Source: Phoronis australis (lineage: Eukaryota; Animalia; Phoronida). Taken from it: DNA of 64,000 bases. The stretch lies in assembly GCA_002633005.1 (NCBI GenBank), contig NMRA01000794.1, positions 1-64,000 on the forward strand, written 5' to 3'. Positions 49,701 through 61,367 of this stretch are shown here, one piece after another. The notes under the pieces are model-generated. The model had not been told where the DNA came from. It ran no database searches and was given only the letters and a program-made list of their open reading frames with translations. The position numbers and the translations under genes are program-made. Numbering within the stretch: the first letter of the stretch is position 1; each line of letters starts with the position of its first letter.

Positions 49701-52700
49701 ATCTTAATGCGGTATTACGGAATAAAATGGTGACATGAATCGATTTTAAAATTGTCAATTTCGGTATGAGGAGATATCTAAATGTGTGTGTTTTGAAAGG
49801 TTTTTATTAAGGAAATGAAAACCTGGAAACAAAGACAAAAACAAATTTGAAGTAAACCCTAAATTTTGGGGATTTGTCTTGAACATTTACTCAACATCAA
49901 ATGAGTTTTGGTTAACAATTCATCTTTGGTGTGAAGTTGCTTATCTAGTGTATAATTGAAAAGACTAGAATGCAATAGAAATATATTCTACACGATGTCT
50001 GAGGTAAACAAAAATACACGTTAACACAATTGCATTAAATTCTTAAGTTTTCTTTTGTAAGAAATTTAGCTAGACGCAGAGGCATGCATATGACATTTCA
50101 CTTCGCATGAAAATGGTTAAAACGATCAATTTCATAACATTATTAGACTGGGCAGTCGTTTGTCGGGTTATATCAGTCAACAAACAGTCCATTAAGAGAA
50201 TTAAGTGTCAAAATTAACAATAGTATTTGTAATTAGTGTCCATTAAGGAAATGTCCTTACAAGTAAACGTGTTCGTCGTAAAATGAATTGCAGAGTGACG
50301 TTTACTTGGACAGGCGTATCCCGCTAAGGCTTTTACTTATCAGCACAGTGAATGTCGCCGTCAAAGGAACAGCGTTGCATATATCGATTTTATTTAGGTT
50401 AATAACTAATGACTCCATTATAAGCTCTGTCAGAGTACTCAAGAAATGAGAAAACCCCGTTAGCAACGTAAATATTGTAGTACTGGAACCGGAAGCAGCG
50501 TGGAATTCAACATTTCCAGATTATAATGGCTAATAACAGCAATGGCCATAACGGATTTAAAAATGTCAATGGGCAGTAATTGCAGGGAAGTCCAATCGAT
50601 CGAAGAACGTGATGTGTGAGGCAATACACGGTCAGCAAAATGACCAGGGTTTAGAGAAGTTCTCACGAGAAAAAAATGCTTCCAAACGTGGTGGTGGGGC
50701 GAGATGTGATGTCTGTTTATGTCATTTTATGGATAATACGGAGTCATCAAAAAACAGCAGAAAATTTACTTCCTAAGTGTTTACATCATAGTGATGTTCT
50801 ATTAGCCTTTATAGAAGTTACCTAACGATGTTTTTTCATTAAGCATTTTCCTGAAATAAAGCTTGACTCGTAACAATATATTCACTTGCACAAACAGAGA
50901 GGGATCTGAGTAAAATTAGTCCCAGGGAAATATTTGTAGCCAGCAGGAGTGCGACACTTTAAAAATACATCATGGTTGCCAGTTTTAATATTTAATAAAG
51001 CATCAGTAAAATGTCTGAAGTCAGCATTCTGTGGAACAGCATGGCTGAGAAAAAATTGTTTTAAGAAATGTTGCAGTTATGAACAGTTGCCATTGCGTTT
51101 TTTTGTTAAACAATTCAAACCTGGCACAAAATGACAAAGAAATTAATATTTTAAAACTTCATCATTGTTTTTGAGACATGTATTTTGAACATTTTCATGT
51201 ATATGATATCTGTTGTGTTAGTGATGTCGTTGCTTCGCCTATTCGGTTCTTTAAACTACAGAGAACCTCCTTCCAGAAACCATTGCTGCTTGAGTCACTA
51301 GAACACGAATGCAAATAATATTACCTATGTTGCTTTCGGTCACTTGACCTAATAATACTTCAAAGCTGTGATAGTTTAGGGTTTTCATGAAAAACTGAAG
51401 GTTGGCCATATTGCAGGCAATTTCAGAGACGCCCGGTGTCGTTGTTCCTCAGGTTATTTTATGATTTTGCTATTTCATATTGAAGAACATTCATTCAACC
51501 AATCTAATTGTTCCCGTTCGAAACAATGGTGAACGCATATGAGCTTAGGCAACATAATTGGTTTAAGAGCTGTAATATTGCCAGGAGAATATACATATAT
51601 ATATATAATGAACGATGTTGAAATTCTTTTTACTGCAGAAAAGATTAATCATTGTAATTCAAGTTGACTACCCCTGACAGAGAAAGAGAGAGAGAGAGAG
51701 ACATTCAAAGTGAAATTAAGAAAATTAAACTGAGATGAGATTTTGGTTATGAAAACTTAGTTCATTGGTATTTTGATGTCGTGTCATGATTTCGTGACAA
51801 AGTTCAGAAAAAAATCCTGGAATTCGTTGTAGAGGGTGCAAAAACAATTGCATTTACCTTCATGGAACTTTGAATGATGACAAAAGATACGAACAAGCGA
51901 ATTACAAAATACTATGTGCGAATTCGTCATAAATTATTTTCACGTTTTTTGACATGTGGAGTTTAAGAATAGCGTTCAGACGAGTTCATGCGCCAGGAGG
52001 ATACCAAACTGCTCGAACCCAGGGCTTGTGTTAAAATGAAGATTAACATACGGGAACTTTGTCATGAACAGTAAGCAGAACTGAAACAAATTTTGATCGG
52101 GGGATGGCTTTTTATTGAAAATGAGGAGAGGATGAACCTGCTGTGCCTCTTTGTCTACGCTTGTGCTTTGCAATGTGTGCAAAAAACCAAAAACAGTGTT
52201 TAGTAATTGTATAATCTGCATACACAAAACGTGCCAGGAGTGTCGTAGATGAGGTAATGTTCCACGAAACATTATTCCGCGTATCGAAAGAGACCGTTTT
52301 GAATTAATCCCATACGGTTTGAATTCCTAAGTTTCTTTCATTTTTCGGCAGATTTTTAAAATGGTTCGCCCAGACTGTTCACGTGGCGGATCACATCCTA
52401 TATACATGCGCGTAAGGATACAACTTTTTCTAGTAAAAGAAACAGCTATAAATGTAACGATTTCATACTTGAAAAGGAACTACAAAGATGAAGACAACAG
52501 TAATTGTGCATTGAACTTGAAACATTTCCTGAAAATAGGTAAACATCAACATTTTATATTGTACACCAAAAACTCGCCGCCTGAGTTGCAAACAATATAA
52601 TATTAAGCAATTGAAAGCTAAGACAGAAGTGTCATATAATTAACATTTTTGCACAGAGTTCTTCTTGAATGTTATTTACACAGGTGCAATTGAATTTCTT

Positions 52701-55209
52701 TAAACTTTTTCGGAAAGTGTGATGATCGAATCGGCTAACGACACCGAGTCAACATTGACCTACCGTTTGACCTTCCCATTTAAGAGTACACGGTGTTTAG
52801 TGTTTACGTGACCGTATTGCACTCGACTGATTCAACGCGCTTAGCATTAAATTAGAAGAGTACTGCCATAGCAAAAAATATACAAGCAGAAGAAAATACG
52901 TCAGACGAATTTCATTTTGCAACGACGCCATCAGTACAATGTAAAAAAGTGCTTCAGAACCAGTTGCGTTGCGATTCTAAAGGCGCTGTGGAGACGTCAA
53001 GTGATAACCAGCGAGCAACGTGGCAGCCTGCTTCAGCTAAAAAGAATTTCTGTCAGTCTTGGGACATACTTACATGTAGCAACGGCTACTGGGGTAGAGT
53101 ATACACCAAACATTGTTGATATACGTACCTGACAGATGCCAGTGGTGCTCAGGTGGTACGTAGAATTCTGAGATCACTGGCGGCTGTTCGAAGGAAAACG
53201 TGAATTCGAAGGGTTCGCCAGTCGTAGTCGCCATATATTTCACATCAACTTTCCCAGGGGGTTCATACAGTAGTGAAAACGGGCCAGTTTCCTCTCCACA
53301 GTAACTGCAATAACAGAACTATTGGCAATTTGAAATGCTGGGGTGCACCACAAAAATAAAAAAACAAAAACTAATAAACTTATATTAAATTCAGTTAAGG
53401 TTTGAAAACATTTAGAGAGATATTGAATAACCATTATTTGAGATTACGCTTCGATTTTGCTTCATGTAACTTGCGATAAAATTCGTTTCATAATATTTTT
53501 GTCTAAACTGAAGTAGGATGAGTATCTTTAAATAAATAAAACATTGATTAGAGGTAAACGAAACACTGACAACATCGGTATACAAAAACACTAAAAATGG
53601 GCGGTAGATCGACTACAACTCCAAACACAACAAAATAGTTGAAAGGCATGTTATCGAGTGTTCTGCATCGGAACGAAAGCAAATAAACAGTGTAAAAAAC
53701 TCTATTTCACAACCTACTTCAAAATGAACGGTCACAAAGAAGAGATCATTTTACCATCGACCACGAAGCAAGAAGGTGACAGAAGGCCTAAAAATGCCTG
53801 GAGTCTTCCAAGTGGTAACTGTGAGTGCCACATATTACCATGCTGTCTCCGGTAAGAACGATGTATCACCTGAAGACGGTCTGTGGAATGACCTACCAAA
53901 ACGCCATGCTAATTTATACAGACTAGAGGTTGGTTAAATTAGACCCGTTGATTTTAATTCTGATGTCACTACAAAGGCACCTCAGAATGTGGTCTGAAAG
54001 TATTTTCCTATAATACTCATACCATGGACGCATATGACAATGTTCACGAAATCTTGGACTCAGCGCCACAACTGTAAATTATTGACAGTACATGTCCTCT
54101 TAGCCCTTCCCTAGGTTTCTGCTCAGTGCAGGCAGTACCTCTTAGCTTCACGAGTGAGACCGCAAGTTCCCCATCGCACCCAACCCTATGACAAAACACA
54201 AAGTACTTACCTTGCGTTCAAAGCATCGTTTTCAAGAAATGTGAGCGCACTTTTACTACAGCCACACGTGGGAGTCAAGTGAAGACCGTTGGGGAAATGA
54301 AGGTGCAGGCTCTTGTGTTGCAAGTGAAATGTCCAATGACAGTGCGCCAAAACATTCTTCTTGGACACCCTACCATTATTCATGGACTCAGTTATCGGTG
54401 CACTGTGTCCAGCAGAACAGTCAAACTCAGCTGCAACGTATAGAAATTATACATTACATGTGTGGCGTAGCACTGAAAAAAGTTGAGGGCTATAGCGTCG
54501 CAGCTCCCTATGGTTCGCCGCCCATGCATTATCATGTCAAAACATGATTCGGCAATCTTTGACAGGGCGATAACTGAAGGCCAGCGAAGGCACGACAAGC
54601 AGGGCTTGGTGATGGACATATGATGGTAGGTGCGAGAGTTCGTCTGCACACGTGATCGTAGTTATGCACGAATGCACCCTACGTGTATAACGCGCACGAA
54701 TAATGGTAAGTGCAAACATCAACCCTTAAAAACTCAGGCAAAGCCATCTACGAATGTAATCGTTTTGGCTCATGTTCATGAATACATGTAGATTCCGCTT
54801 GATTTTTGATACGATGTTACGGTGTCTAACTACATGTACACATGAGAAATATATGGACCAAGTTTCCTCATTTGATTGGTTCAGCCGAATAATCGACAGA
54901 CCTTGTTATTCCAGCTTGAAGTCTGAAATTTCGTCTTGTCCCATAAAGCACGGCAAAAGGTTTGATATTTTGAATGAAATTAAACGCAGTCAACACATTG
55001 TTAAAGTGCAGAGTTAACCAATACTGAACAAACAATCCTCGGAAATGCAACTAAACGTCAGTATAGTTTGACATAGCCTACGTATTCTGCTCTTAATCGA
55101 TCTTCAGCAAAAATCTGGAATTAAAGTTACCTCCAGTAGCAGTTTGGCAAAGAACGTCACCAAGGATGACAACAATAATGAAAGTGCAACAACTGTACGC
55201 CACCTCCAT
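31788..55209 (-). CDS. gene B: secreted 5xCUB + Thr/Ser mucin-like protein (~821 aa; cubilin/CUZD1/DMBT1-like architecture), 13 coding exons
   Basis: Continuous frame over GT-AG exons 55209-55131, 54430-54211, 53304-53129, 49267-49051, 48413-48232, 46341-46113, 44266-44094, 39998-39758, 38832-38663, 36576-36348, 35370-35198, 33489-33139, 31813-31788 (TGA). Each CUB is split over two exons with phases 1-2-1. Confidence 0.88.
32394..32629. mobile_element. short Penelope-like insertion forming an 81-bp-arm hairpin, flanked by a 13-bp direct repeat
   Basis: Arms 32394-32474 and 32482-32562 (1 mismatch, 7-nt loop). GTTAAATATTATG occurs at 32384-96 and 32630-42. Contains the hammerhead-like TTGATAA-aGGAAG..CATCC-GAAAATTTC. 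Confidence 0.6.
32801..33025. mobile_element. MITE with CATGCG..CACCCAG TIRs and near-perfect 5-bp TSD
   Basis: CATGCGCACACCCAG / CTGGGTGCACGCATG flanked by AAGGG and AAGGC. Confidence 0.65.
33139..33489 (-). CDS. gene B exon 12, Thr/Ser mucin-like repeat
   Basis: DHACTTPTT..(TSSTST)n..KTPSIN; 18-bp coding repeat; phase 1-1, 351 nt. Confidence 0.88.
35198..35370 (-). CDS. gene B exon 11, CUB5 C-half
   Basis: YCGFYGSTFVHDVMDEGLVTLSYRTNDKVNFGGFKVTFEIL.. Confidence 0.9.
36348..36576 (-). CDS. gene B exon 10, CUB5 N-half (absent from the ORF track)
   Basis: EPCQPCGGDFQLVPSGTFKSTNYDKGTYLPNERCDFTFNLQIGQTLVLTFERFHMEHSCDCLRDNVTL. Confidence 0.92.
37161..37220. mobile_element. GGCGGATC-family element end
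   Basis: CAGTGGCGGATCTACGGGGGGGTTCAGGGGGTTTAAACCCCCC; no partner end found. Confidence 0.5.
38663..38832 (-). CDS. gene B exon 9, CUB4 C-half
   Basis: YCGRVKHAFIIRIDGPAEVELQFISDMDVPFTGFFIGMTY.. Confidence 0.9.
39758..39998 (-). CDS. gene B exon 8, CUB4 N-half
   Basis: KPCLTGRGCNITM..GHYLNNETCVVLTFVPENTMLVLDFTAGLDVQFSCECLFDKLLL. Confidence 0.9.
40362..40455. repeat. cluster of CCGACCGGTCGG palindromes, probably a transposon subterminus truncated at the N at 40499
   Basis: At least 3 CCGACCGGTCGG-type units separated by AAATT. Confidence 0.6.
41041..43983. repeat. tandem ~1.47-kb duplicate joined at a single N (42508); probably two haplotypes
   Basis: 41041-42507 and ~42510-43983 are colinear with scattered substitutions and small indels. 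Both carry the same MITE (41853-41988, 43323-43458). Confidence 0.9.
44094..44266 (-). CDS. gene B exon 7, CUB3 C-half
   Basis: YCGSPAQMPFGFHVPANVSEVRIDFYGAALNYSIYFENSPTIPVQRDFPPELPMELW. Confidence 0.82.
46113..46341 (-). CDS. gene B exon 6, CUB3 N-half
   Basis: KQRHEACFQYGNRTSGTMTGPSLPPNSPSDIHITYIFHVMAGHFLRFRVDVFTVATSCVCEKRGMEI. Confidence 0.85.
47066..47390. mobile_element. GGCGGATCC-family MITE
   Basis: Ends AAAATCCTGGATCCGCCCCTG; inverted homolog of the 16094 copy. Confidence 0.7.
48232..48413 (-). CDS. gene B exon 5, CUB2 C-half
   Basis: LCGHLNHSFNLEVVGPGKFMVAFVSYGNTTADGFQASINIT.. Confidence 0.9.
49051..49267 (-). CDS. gene B exon 4, CUB2 N-half
   Basis: KPCGCGEHITKHHHVFHSPGYPMNYPPHAHCVWSFDLLPSEKADVNFTSFDVPCACEGGRLSL. 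Confidence 0.93.
53129..53304 (-). CDS. gene B exon 3, CUB1 C-half
   Basis: YCGEETGPFSLLYEPPGKVDVKYMATTTGEPFEFTFSFEQPPVISEFYVPPEHHWHLS. Confidence 0.82.
54211..54430 (-). CDS. gene B exon 2, divergent His-rich CUB1 N-half
   Basis: EFDCSAGHSAPITESMNNGRVSKKNVLAHCHWTFHLQHKSLHLHFPNGLHLTPTCGCSKSALTFL. Confidence 0.82.
55131..55209 (-). CDS. gene B exon 1, signal peptide
   Basis: MEVAYSCCTFIIVVILGDVLCQTATG followed by a phase-1 GTAACT donor. Confidence 0.8.
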
Positions 55210-56679
55210 GACCAGAAGCCTATATGAATGACACGACCGTGAAGTTTGATGCTGACAATCTAGCCCAACCTTTACGTCAATTAGCGCTTTGATAAAATCG
55301 ATGCGCCGCCGCACCTGAGCATCAATTCTGTTTCGGTGAACAGTTAACGAATGTCAAGAACCATTCACTTGAATCACTACATGTTAGTCTTATTAGTGAT
55401 AAATTATTTCGTCGATTATCAAAGGTTAACTGCGAAAATTGTATCAGTTAGTTTGAAGAAAGTCGATTCGCTTTTGATTAAAACCTTGTACCAATGAGTT
55501 TGAATATACTGTGGATTCGCTTTTGATTAAAAGACAGAATCAAGTCTTTTGCAAGCAACAGACATTCGGCAACTGTGCATTAGCAGTTTAAGCATTTTAA
55601 ATTGATTAAAAGGGAATTGCCAGCCTTTCGATCAATTCCAATATCACGGGATAATTTCTCAGGATGGTCATTTCTCCAGAAGCATAAGCAAAACGAAATA
55701 CACAGTAGCCGGCAAAATACAAGTGTTTTCATAAAAACAGCCAGTTTTTTCAACTTTTCAAGGTGATGCGCTATTACGCCCCGAAATGTCTCGACTGCGC
55801 ACCCTGTTGCAATCCTCGAACTGACACATTTTGTGCAAACCATTGCAACGCACACCGTTGTGATAATAGTTGTTTTTTGGTGATACACCGACAAAAATAA
55901 GACATTTTGCTTTTACCTCCGATGCACAATCTCCTGCTCATTTGAAAGCAACATTCACCGGCTTCAAAACAGATTTCCAATGAGTTGATTTAACACCTAT
56001 CTCACGGAGTCACTGAGAGACGACCATACTTCCCATATTTCTCTGCATCTCATATGTCAATGGCAAATCACGTATTGTTGTTTTTTTTCCTCCGTCTAAC
56101 ATTTCCAGTTCGTCATATTTAAGCCATTCCCATCAATGTCACCGTTTTTGCCCATTAGTCATTCTGTTAACCGTAACGTCACCCCAGTTAATTTGCCTGT
56201 GCTACCAATAATTTCCCCAATATCGTGGGAAAGCGATCTAGTGAGCCTGGTCGCCTATCCCGGTCATCGGCAGTTCCACTACCCACAATTCATTACTTTG
56301 AAGACTTGTACATGTGTCCCATCAGACAACTCAAGATCAACACAATTGTTAGCATTTGAATGGAATCTCCAGACACTACAAATTGTCTCTATATGAAAAC
56401 ATGCATATCGGGCTCTAAAGATCCCCAAAAAATGTTGCAATTTAAGGAATGTTTGCTTATGGTCTCGCACCGTACTGTCAGCCAGGAGCGAGTGAGAAGA
56501 GATCTGTTTTCTCTCTTTTCAAGGGAAGATCCTTTAAAATCTCAAATTTATTTGTATCAGACGAGGAATCACTACAGTGTCGCAAATTGACATGTTCGAC
56601 TCACTAAGTCAGAATGTTTGACGAGACCACTGTCGGGTTGCTCCAATATTATCCTGCTATACGTGGTACAAACATTTAC

Positions 56680-56881
56680 CTGGCCCAACATTTGAGGTAC
56701 ATACTTTCAACAATAGGTGGAGTTCGACTCCATCTGAACTTCTATCGAATAGTGCGTTGTGATTTTAGAATTACACGCACTCTTTTAAGGGCAACTACGA
56801 AAGTTGTCTGTTCGCGTAGGCTTTTGGGAATCACGTAATAAGTCATTCGGCTGGTGTTTAGGTGAAAATGAGTAATTTGGC
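56680..56881 (-). pseudogene. ZP-C-like remnant exon of gene A
   Basis: AG/GT-bounded: QITHFHLNTSRMTYYVIP..R*KFRWSRTPPIVESMYLKCWAR. Its 5' end ATTACTCATTT.C.CCT matches the start of the gene B exon at 31187. Confidence 0.4.
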
Positions 56882-57488
56882 CTGCAGTAACCTCCCCCAA
56901 TGTTTTAGGATCCATGTGAGATTGTGGTTCGTCTAGTTTCGTATTCCTTAGCTAAGTAGCGGTAGCTCTCTGACAAGTAGGCCTACTGTGCCCCGTTATA
57001 TCGGACAAAATCTTATTTGGTGTCCTGGGGCGGCCGACATCGACTCAAGGTAGACGATTACGTCGTTTGCAGCAAGGTGGCTCTTTCTAAGAATGAAAAT
57101 AACAGACGGCCGTCAGGGAATACAATGTATATGTAATTGCGTGACCCCATTGTAATGAAACCAATTGCATCCGACAGATTGTCAAGACATCTGCGGCCTC
57201 GACCTCACCATCATTGGTTGGCAGTTAATTGCTTTGGTTTCGAGACTTTACTAGTTTGAGTAAACCATGTGGTCAATTTGAGAGCTCAACCCTGGTCACC
57301 ATACTGGTGCCTTGGCCAATTTTCGAGTTTTAGCAAAGCCCAGGTGACGACTCTGGTGTTTTTCTTACAACTTTGCACTCAATGCACACCGTTTCGCCGT
57401 CTCTCTTCATTTAATAACAGACACCCATGTATGCAGTGATAACTCTCAACTAACACTCCGCTATTGATTCACGATATCGGACACATAA

Positions 57489-57719
57489 CATTGGCGGATC
57501 TAGCGGGGGCCAAAAGGTCCCATAGCCCCAAAAATTCTCCCAGATTACATTTGGCAGTAGGGGAGTGCGAATGTCTGACGAGCAAAATCCTGGATAATAC
57601 TCTGCCCTAACCCCTCCCTAACCCAAAATCCTGGATCCGCTTCTGCCAGTGGGGGAATTAGAGGGGGGCCAAGGGGACCAAGGCCGCCCGTCTACCTTAA
57701 AAACCTGGATCCGCCGTTG
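57489..57719. mobile_element. two adjacent GGCGGATC-family MITEs
   Basis: 57489-57645 and 57647-57719, each ending CCTGGATCCGC..TG. Confidence 0.6.
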
Positions 57720-58084
57720 CATTTGAGTTTTTTCGATGGCCAGCATTTTAAACAAGGGAACAAGACCCTCTGACACATTTTCTCTCTCTGTTAAAGTTCT
57801 CTATATATATATCTCAGTCTCAATTTCTAGGGCGCTATAGACATTTATTTGCAACCTGGCACGCTATAGTGTATCCCAATTCTTGAACTCGAGGTCAGGA
57901 ATGTGAACTTAGTCGTAACTCTTTAGCACCATTCGCATTCTTAACCTTTGAACTCGTGGACGAACCACACTAAGACATTTTCACTGAAGGTCTCGCGACC
58001 ATGTAAAAGATACGTGTGGGTATTTTATGTATGAGCGTAACTTTTCCCAGGGGGTGAAATGGAAGGTGAGGCATAAGCAACTGT

Positions 58085-58870
58085 TAAGCAATCCGTAGGA
58101 AGACGCGTCGGCTGTGACCAGTGTATCTCTGGTGCGCCAACGACAGATATCGAGAAATTTCACATCTTGGAGTTCAGTATGATGTCAAATTCTTCAAGCA
58201 CTGCATTACGCCTTCTTTTGCACTTAGATTCGTGCATCATGACGCCAGATACACAATATCTAGAGCTATCGAAAGGCATAGGCTTAAAGTATTTTCTCCC
58301 AAAAAGTGTTATAAATGTCTTACAGTTTGTTTTTTTCAGTAAGCGTACATGTAATTAGTCAAAATCCACCGTTGGCGTCTAAATTACAGAAAACCTGTCA
58401 TTCACATATGTTACCTAGCACGTGGTTTACTGCAGCCACTCGCGCGAGAGCTTTATTTTTCCCATCAGCCTTGGGAACCACGGCCATTCCTACATGTGCT
58501 CATCTATCGGTTGCCTTGGTTACGAGTGCAATCACTTCCGTCTCCTCCATGCATTTCAGTTCCTCGCAAACTTTAGGCATCACCGTATTGTTGACAGAGA
58601 GTAGAAAAGATGTGGCTTGCTTTTTTATGTATCATCGGGTTTAGCGATATAGATAAATAACCTACAGTATTGTAATTTGGCGTTGCACTTATTTCAGTTG
58701 AAATGACCGATTCACGGTCTTTTCGTTAAACAATATCTTCGATCGCACTGCGTCTCATTACCTCTGACCGTAACCAGTTGACAATGTAAAACTGCTGATC
58801 TGACCTTACACGTGCGCCATCTACTGGTATTTTTTGTGCGAAATGTTCCCCTACAGTGTAGATGATACAA
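58085..58870 (-). mobile_element. Ty3/Gypsy (Mag-like) pol relic, heavily deleted
   Basis: MPKVCEELKCMEETEVIALVTKATD*..GMAVVPKADGKIKL (RT N-terminus, ~58580-58445); RDTLVTADASSYGL (RNase H start, ~58130-58088); possible gag knuckle GEHFAQ at ~58845. Confidence 0.75.
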
Positions 58871-59223
58871 CTACCGCCATCAAGTTTCATCAGATTTTTC
58901 AAGACGGAGAACTTTGGGCTCATGTAAACTCTCGCATGGTATTACACTTACATGGACATTGCAATCAAATTTGAGCTGGACAGCATTGTTACCGATCCGA
59001 AATGTCTTCTTCTATACATGGTTTAGTCTCTATTTCATCAATTAGAGTGTCGAGGAAAACATAGTCGAACCTAACTCCAACCGTACAACAAAATTGTCCG
59101 AAGGGTTCCCTTTACTCGCATTACATACAGATAGCTTGACAGTTTGGGCATTGATCTACGAAGTGTCTAGCCTAACCTCCTAGCGAGCAACTTCTATTTT
59201 TCAGCTAAGGGATCAGAAGAGAT

Positions 59224-61331
59224 TTAACAACTGGTGAGGCTTTTTGAACTGTTATATTTTCTGGGTGGAACGCCATTTGCTCGTTCTTTCTTTTTTCCAT
59301 TACCACTACTACAACTGCTGCTGCCCTCTATCGCTAGAACTACTCATTCAATAAATGCTACAGCAGCTTTAGCTCACGTTACAACACATTCCATGTTCTT
59401 GCGCTCACCTCCACTGCTGGAAGAAGTTGGGGTAACGGAAATTACTTCAAAGTGTAGCTTGAATCCTGGGTAGCCAAGAGAATTGTCTGTTACAAACGCT
59501 AGAATTATGTTGCCCCAGCCAACTGTCATGACAGGTATTGTAGCGTGAGTGTCGCAGAGTCTGAAGAATTGTAGAACAGTGTGATTATCAAACGTAGCAA
59601 TAATACTAACAACTACGGGTCACATAATGTGACCAATATATGACCTGTACGAAGAATTTTAATTCGTTTTACAAAAGAACAACTATCTTTACACAGGATA
59701 TATATCTGCTGGATGCTGCGCAACTCTTGCTTGTAAATTTTCGTAAGCAAAAATCCATATCGTTTTTTAATAAGCTAAATTGTATCTCTCCATTGAAGCT
59801 TAAGCAAAGCCCTCATTTCGTCTGAAAAATGTCTATGCACACTTTCATATTACGCATATTTTCTTTCGCTTTGGGCTCTGCTGCTTGACAACAGATTATT
59901 CGGTGAGCTTCCCTTTCTATCGTAGAGCCTGTATTTTTTCCAGCTATTTCTTTCTTAAGTTCTCTTGTGCCTTCTGACACTTAAGTTGCGTATTACCGAC
60001 ATCAGTCGGGTATTACCGAACATCTGCCGAAAATCACGAGTATTTTTGATATAATTACCTGAAGTTACCATCAGGTAGGTTGAATAACTTAGATCTACAT
60101 GTATCTGTTGACATCGAAATGGCACGGGTGTGCGTGCAATTAGTAGTTTAAAGTTTTCATGCAATCACCACACGTTTTGCACCAGTTGTTGCCGCCAAAT
60201 AAAAAATAAAAAGGTGAGGCAAACCCTTACACTTGTATTACCTTCTAATCACTGTACCGTTCACCATCACCTCCAAGTAATCGTATTTGCATTTCAGTCC
60301 TTCCACTTTGAATGTCGTGTTGGACCACAGACGAAAAACTGCCGATTCCGGGACACTAAACGTCCACATACACAGTTTATTGGAGGGATAATCAGATGGA
60401 TAATTAGGCGATAGCATGTTGCCTGTTTTGTACGGATGAATTAGCCCGTAGTGACTAGAGCAGGTGCTGTCTCCGTCTTAAAAGATAATTTCATAAATTA
60501 TTAAAGGACATCGCAGCAAAATACCAATACAATTAGATATCACATCGTGCATATACCCTGCCGAGAACTGAGTTCACATAGACAATGACAAAAATTAGTG
60601 ATACCCTAGTCATATACGAGGACATAAAATCTTAATCATAATGCCAGTAGAAATACATGTACATGTAAGTGTTCGCCTCCAATGAGGTCTCATAGTCAGA
60701 AATTTCCGCTCGTTCACGCGCCTTGGACCTGCCTCATAAAATTCTTCTCTCACGAATGCTAAACGTCTCACCGCATAAACGGAATTTACATCGATCCCTA
60801 AAGATTATTCAAATTTAGCAGATCAACCCTCGTCATTCACATCGTCTCTCAGACCCAGTGCGCTCGCTTTGAAGGCCGTCCCTTCTCGCACGACTTCACG
60901 TAACCTAAAACAACATCTCGCAACTGTGTTGGCCAGATCAATCTAGTTTGATTGCAGCATTCGTTTGACTCACATCACTAGAACGATTGAGTCGTTTAGC
61001 GGGACTTAAAATGCATGGGCAGGATATAATGCTCAAGATTAAGGTTGGTCTGTGGGCAAGTGAAGAGACGCGTCAGTCAACCAAGTTCGCCTCCCACTGA
61101 TAACCACCACCCCCAATTGATCAGTCCGCCTTTGGGAGCCACTCCACCATTGCCAGCTATATTTTAGACAAATCTCTGGTCCTAGGCAACGGTCTCCAAG
61201 AAATATCGGGCAAGCCTCCTCAGTCCACGCCATGTTTGTGTCATCCCAATCGTTTGGCACGCAACCTAGCTTCGTTAGTTTCACCTCATCCCCNTTTTCA
61301 AGATTAAACTGTCATCAGGAACCCTCCCCCC

Positions 61332-61367
<36 letters not shown>

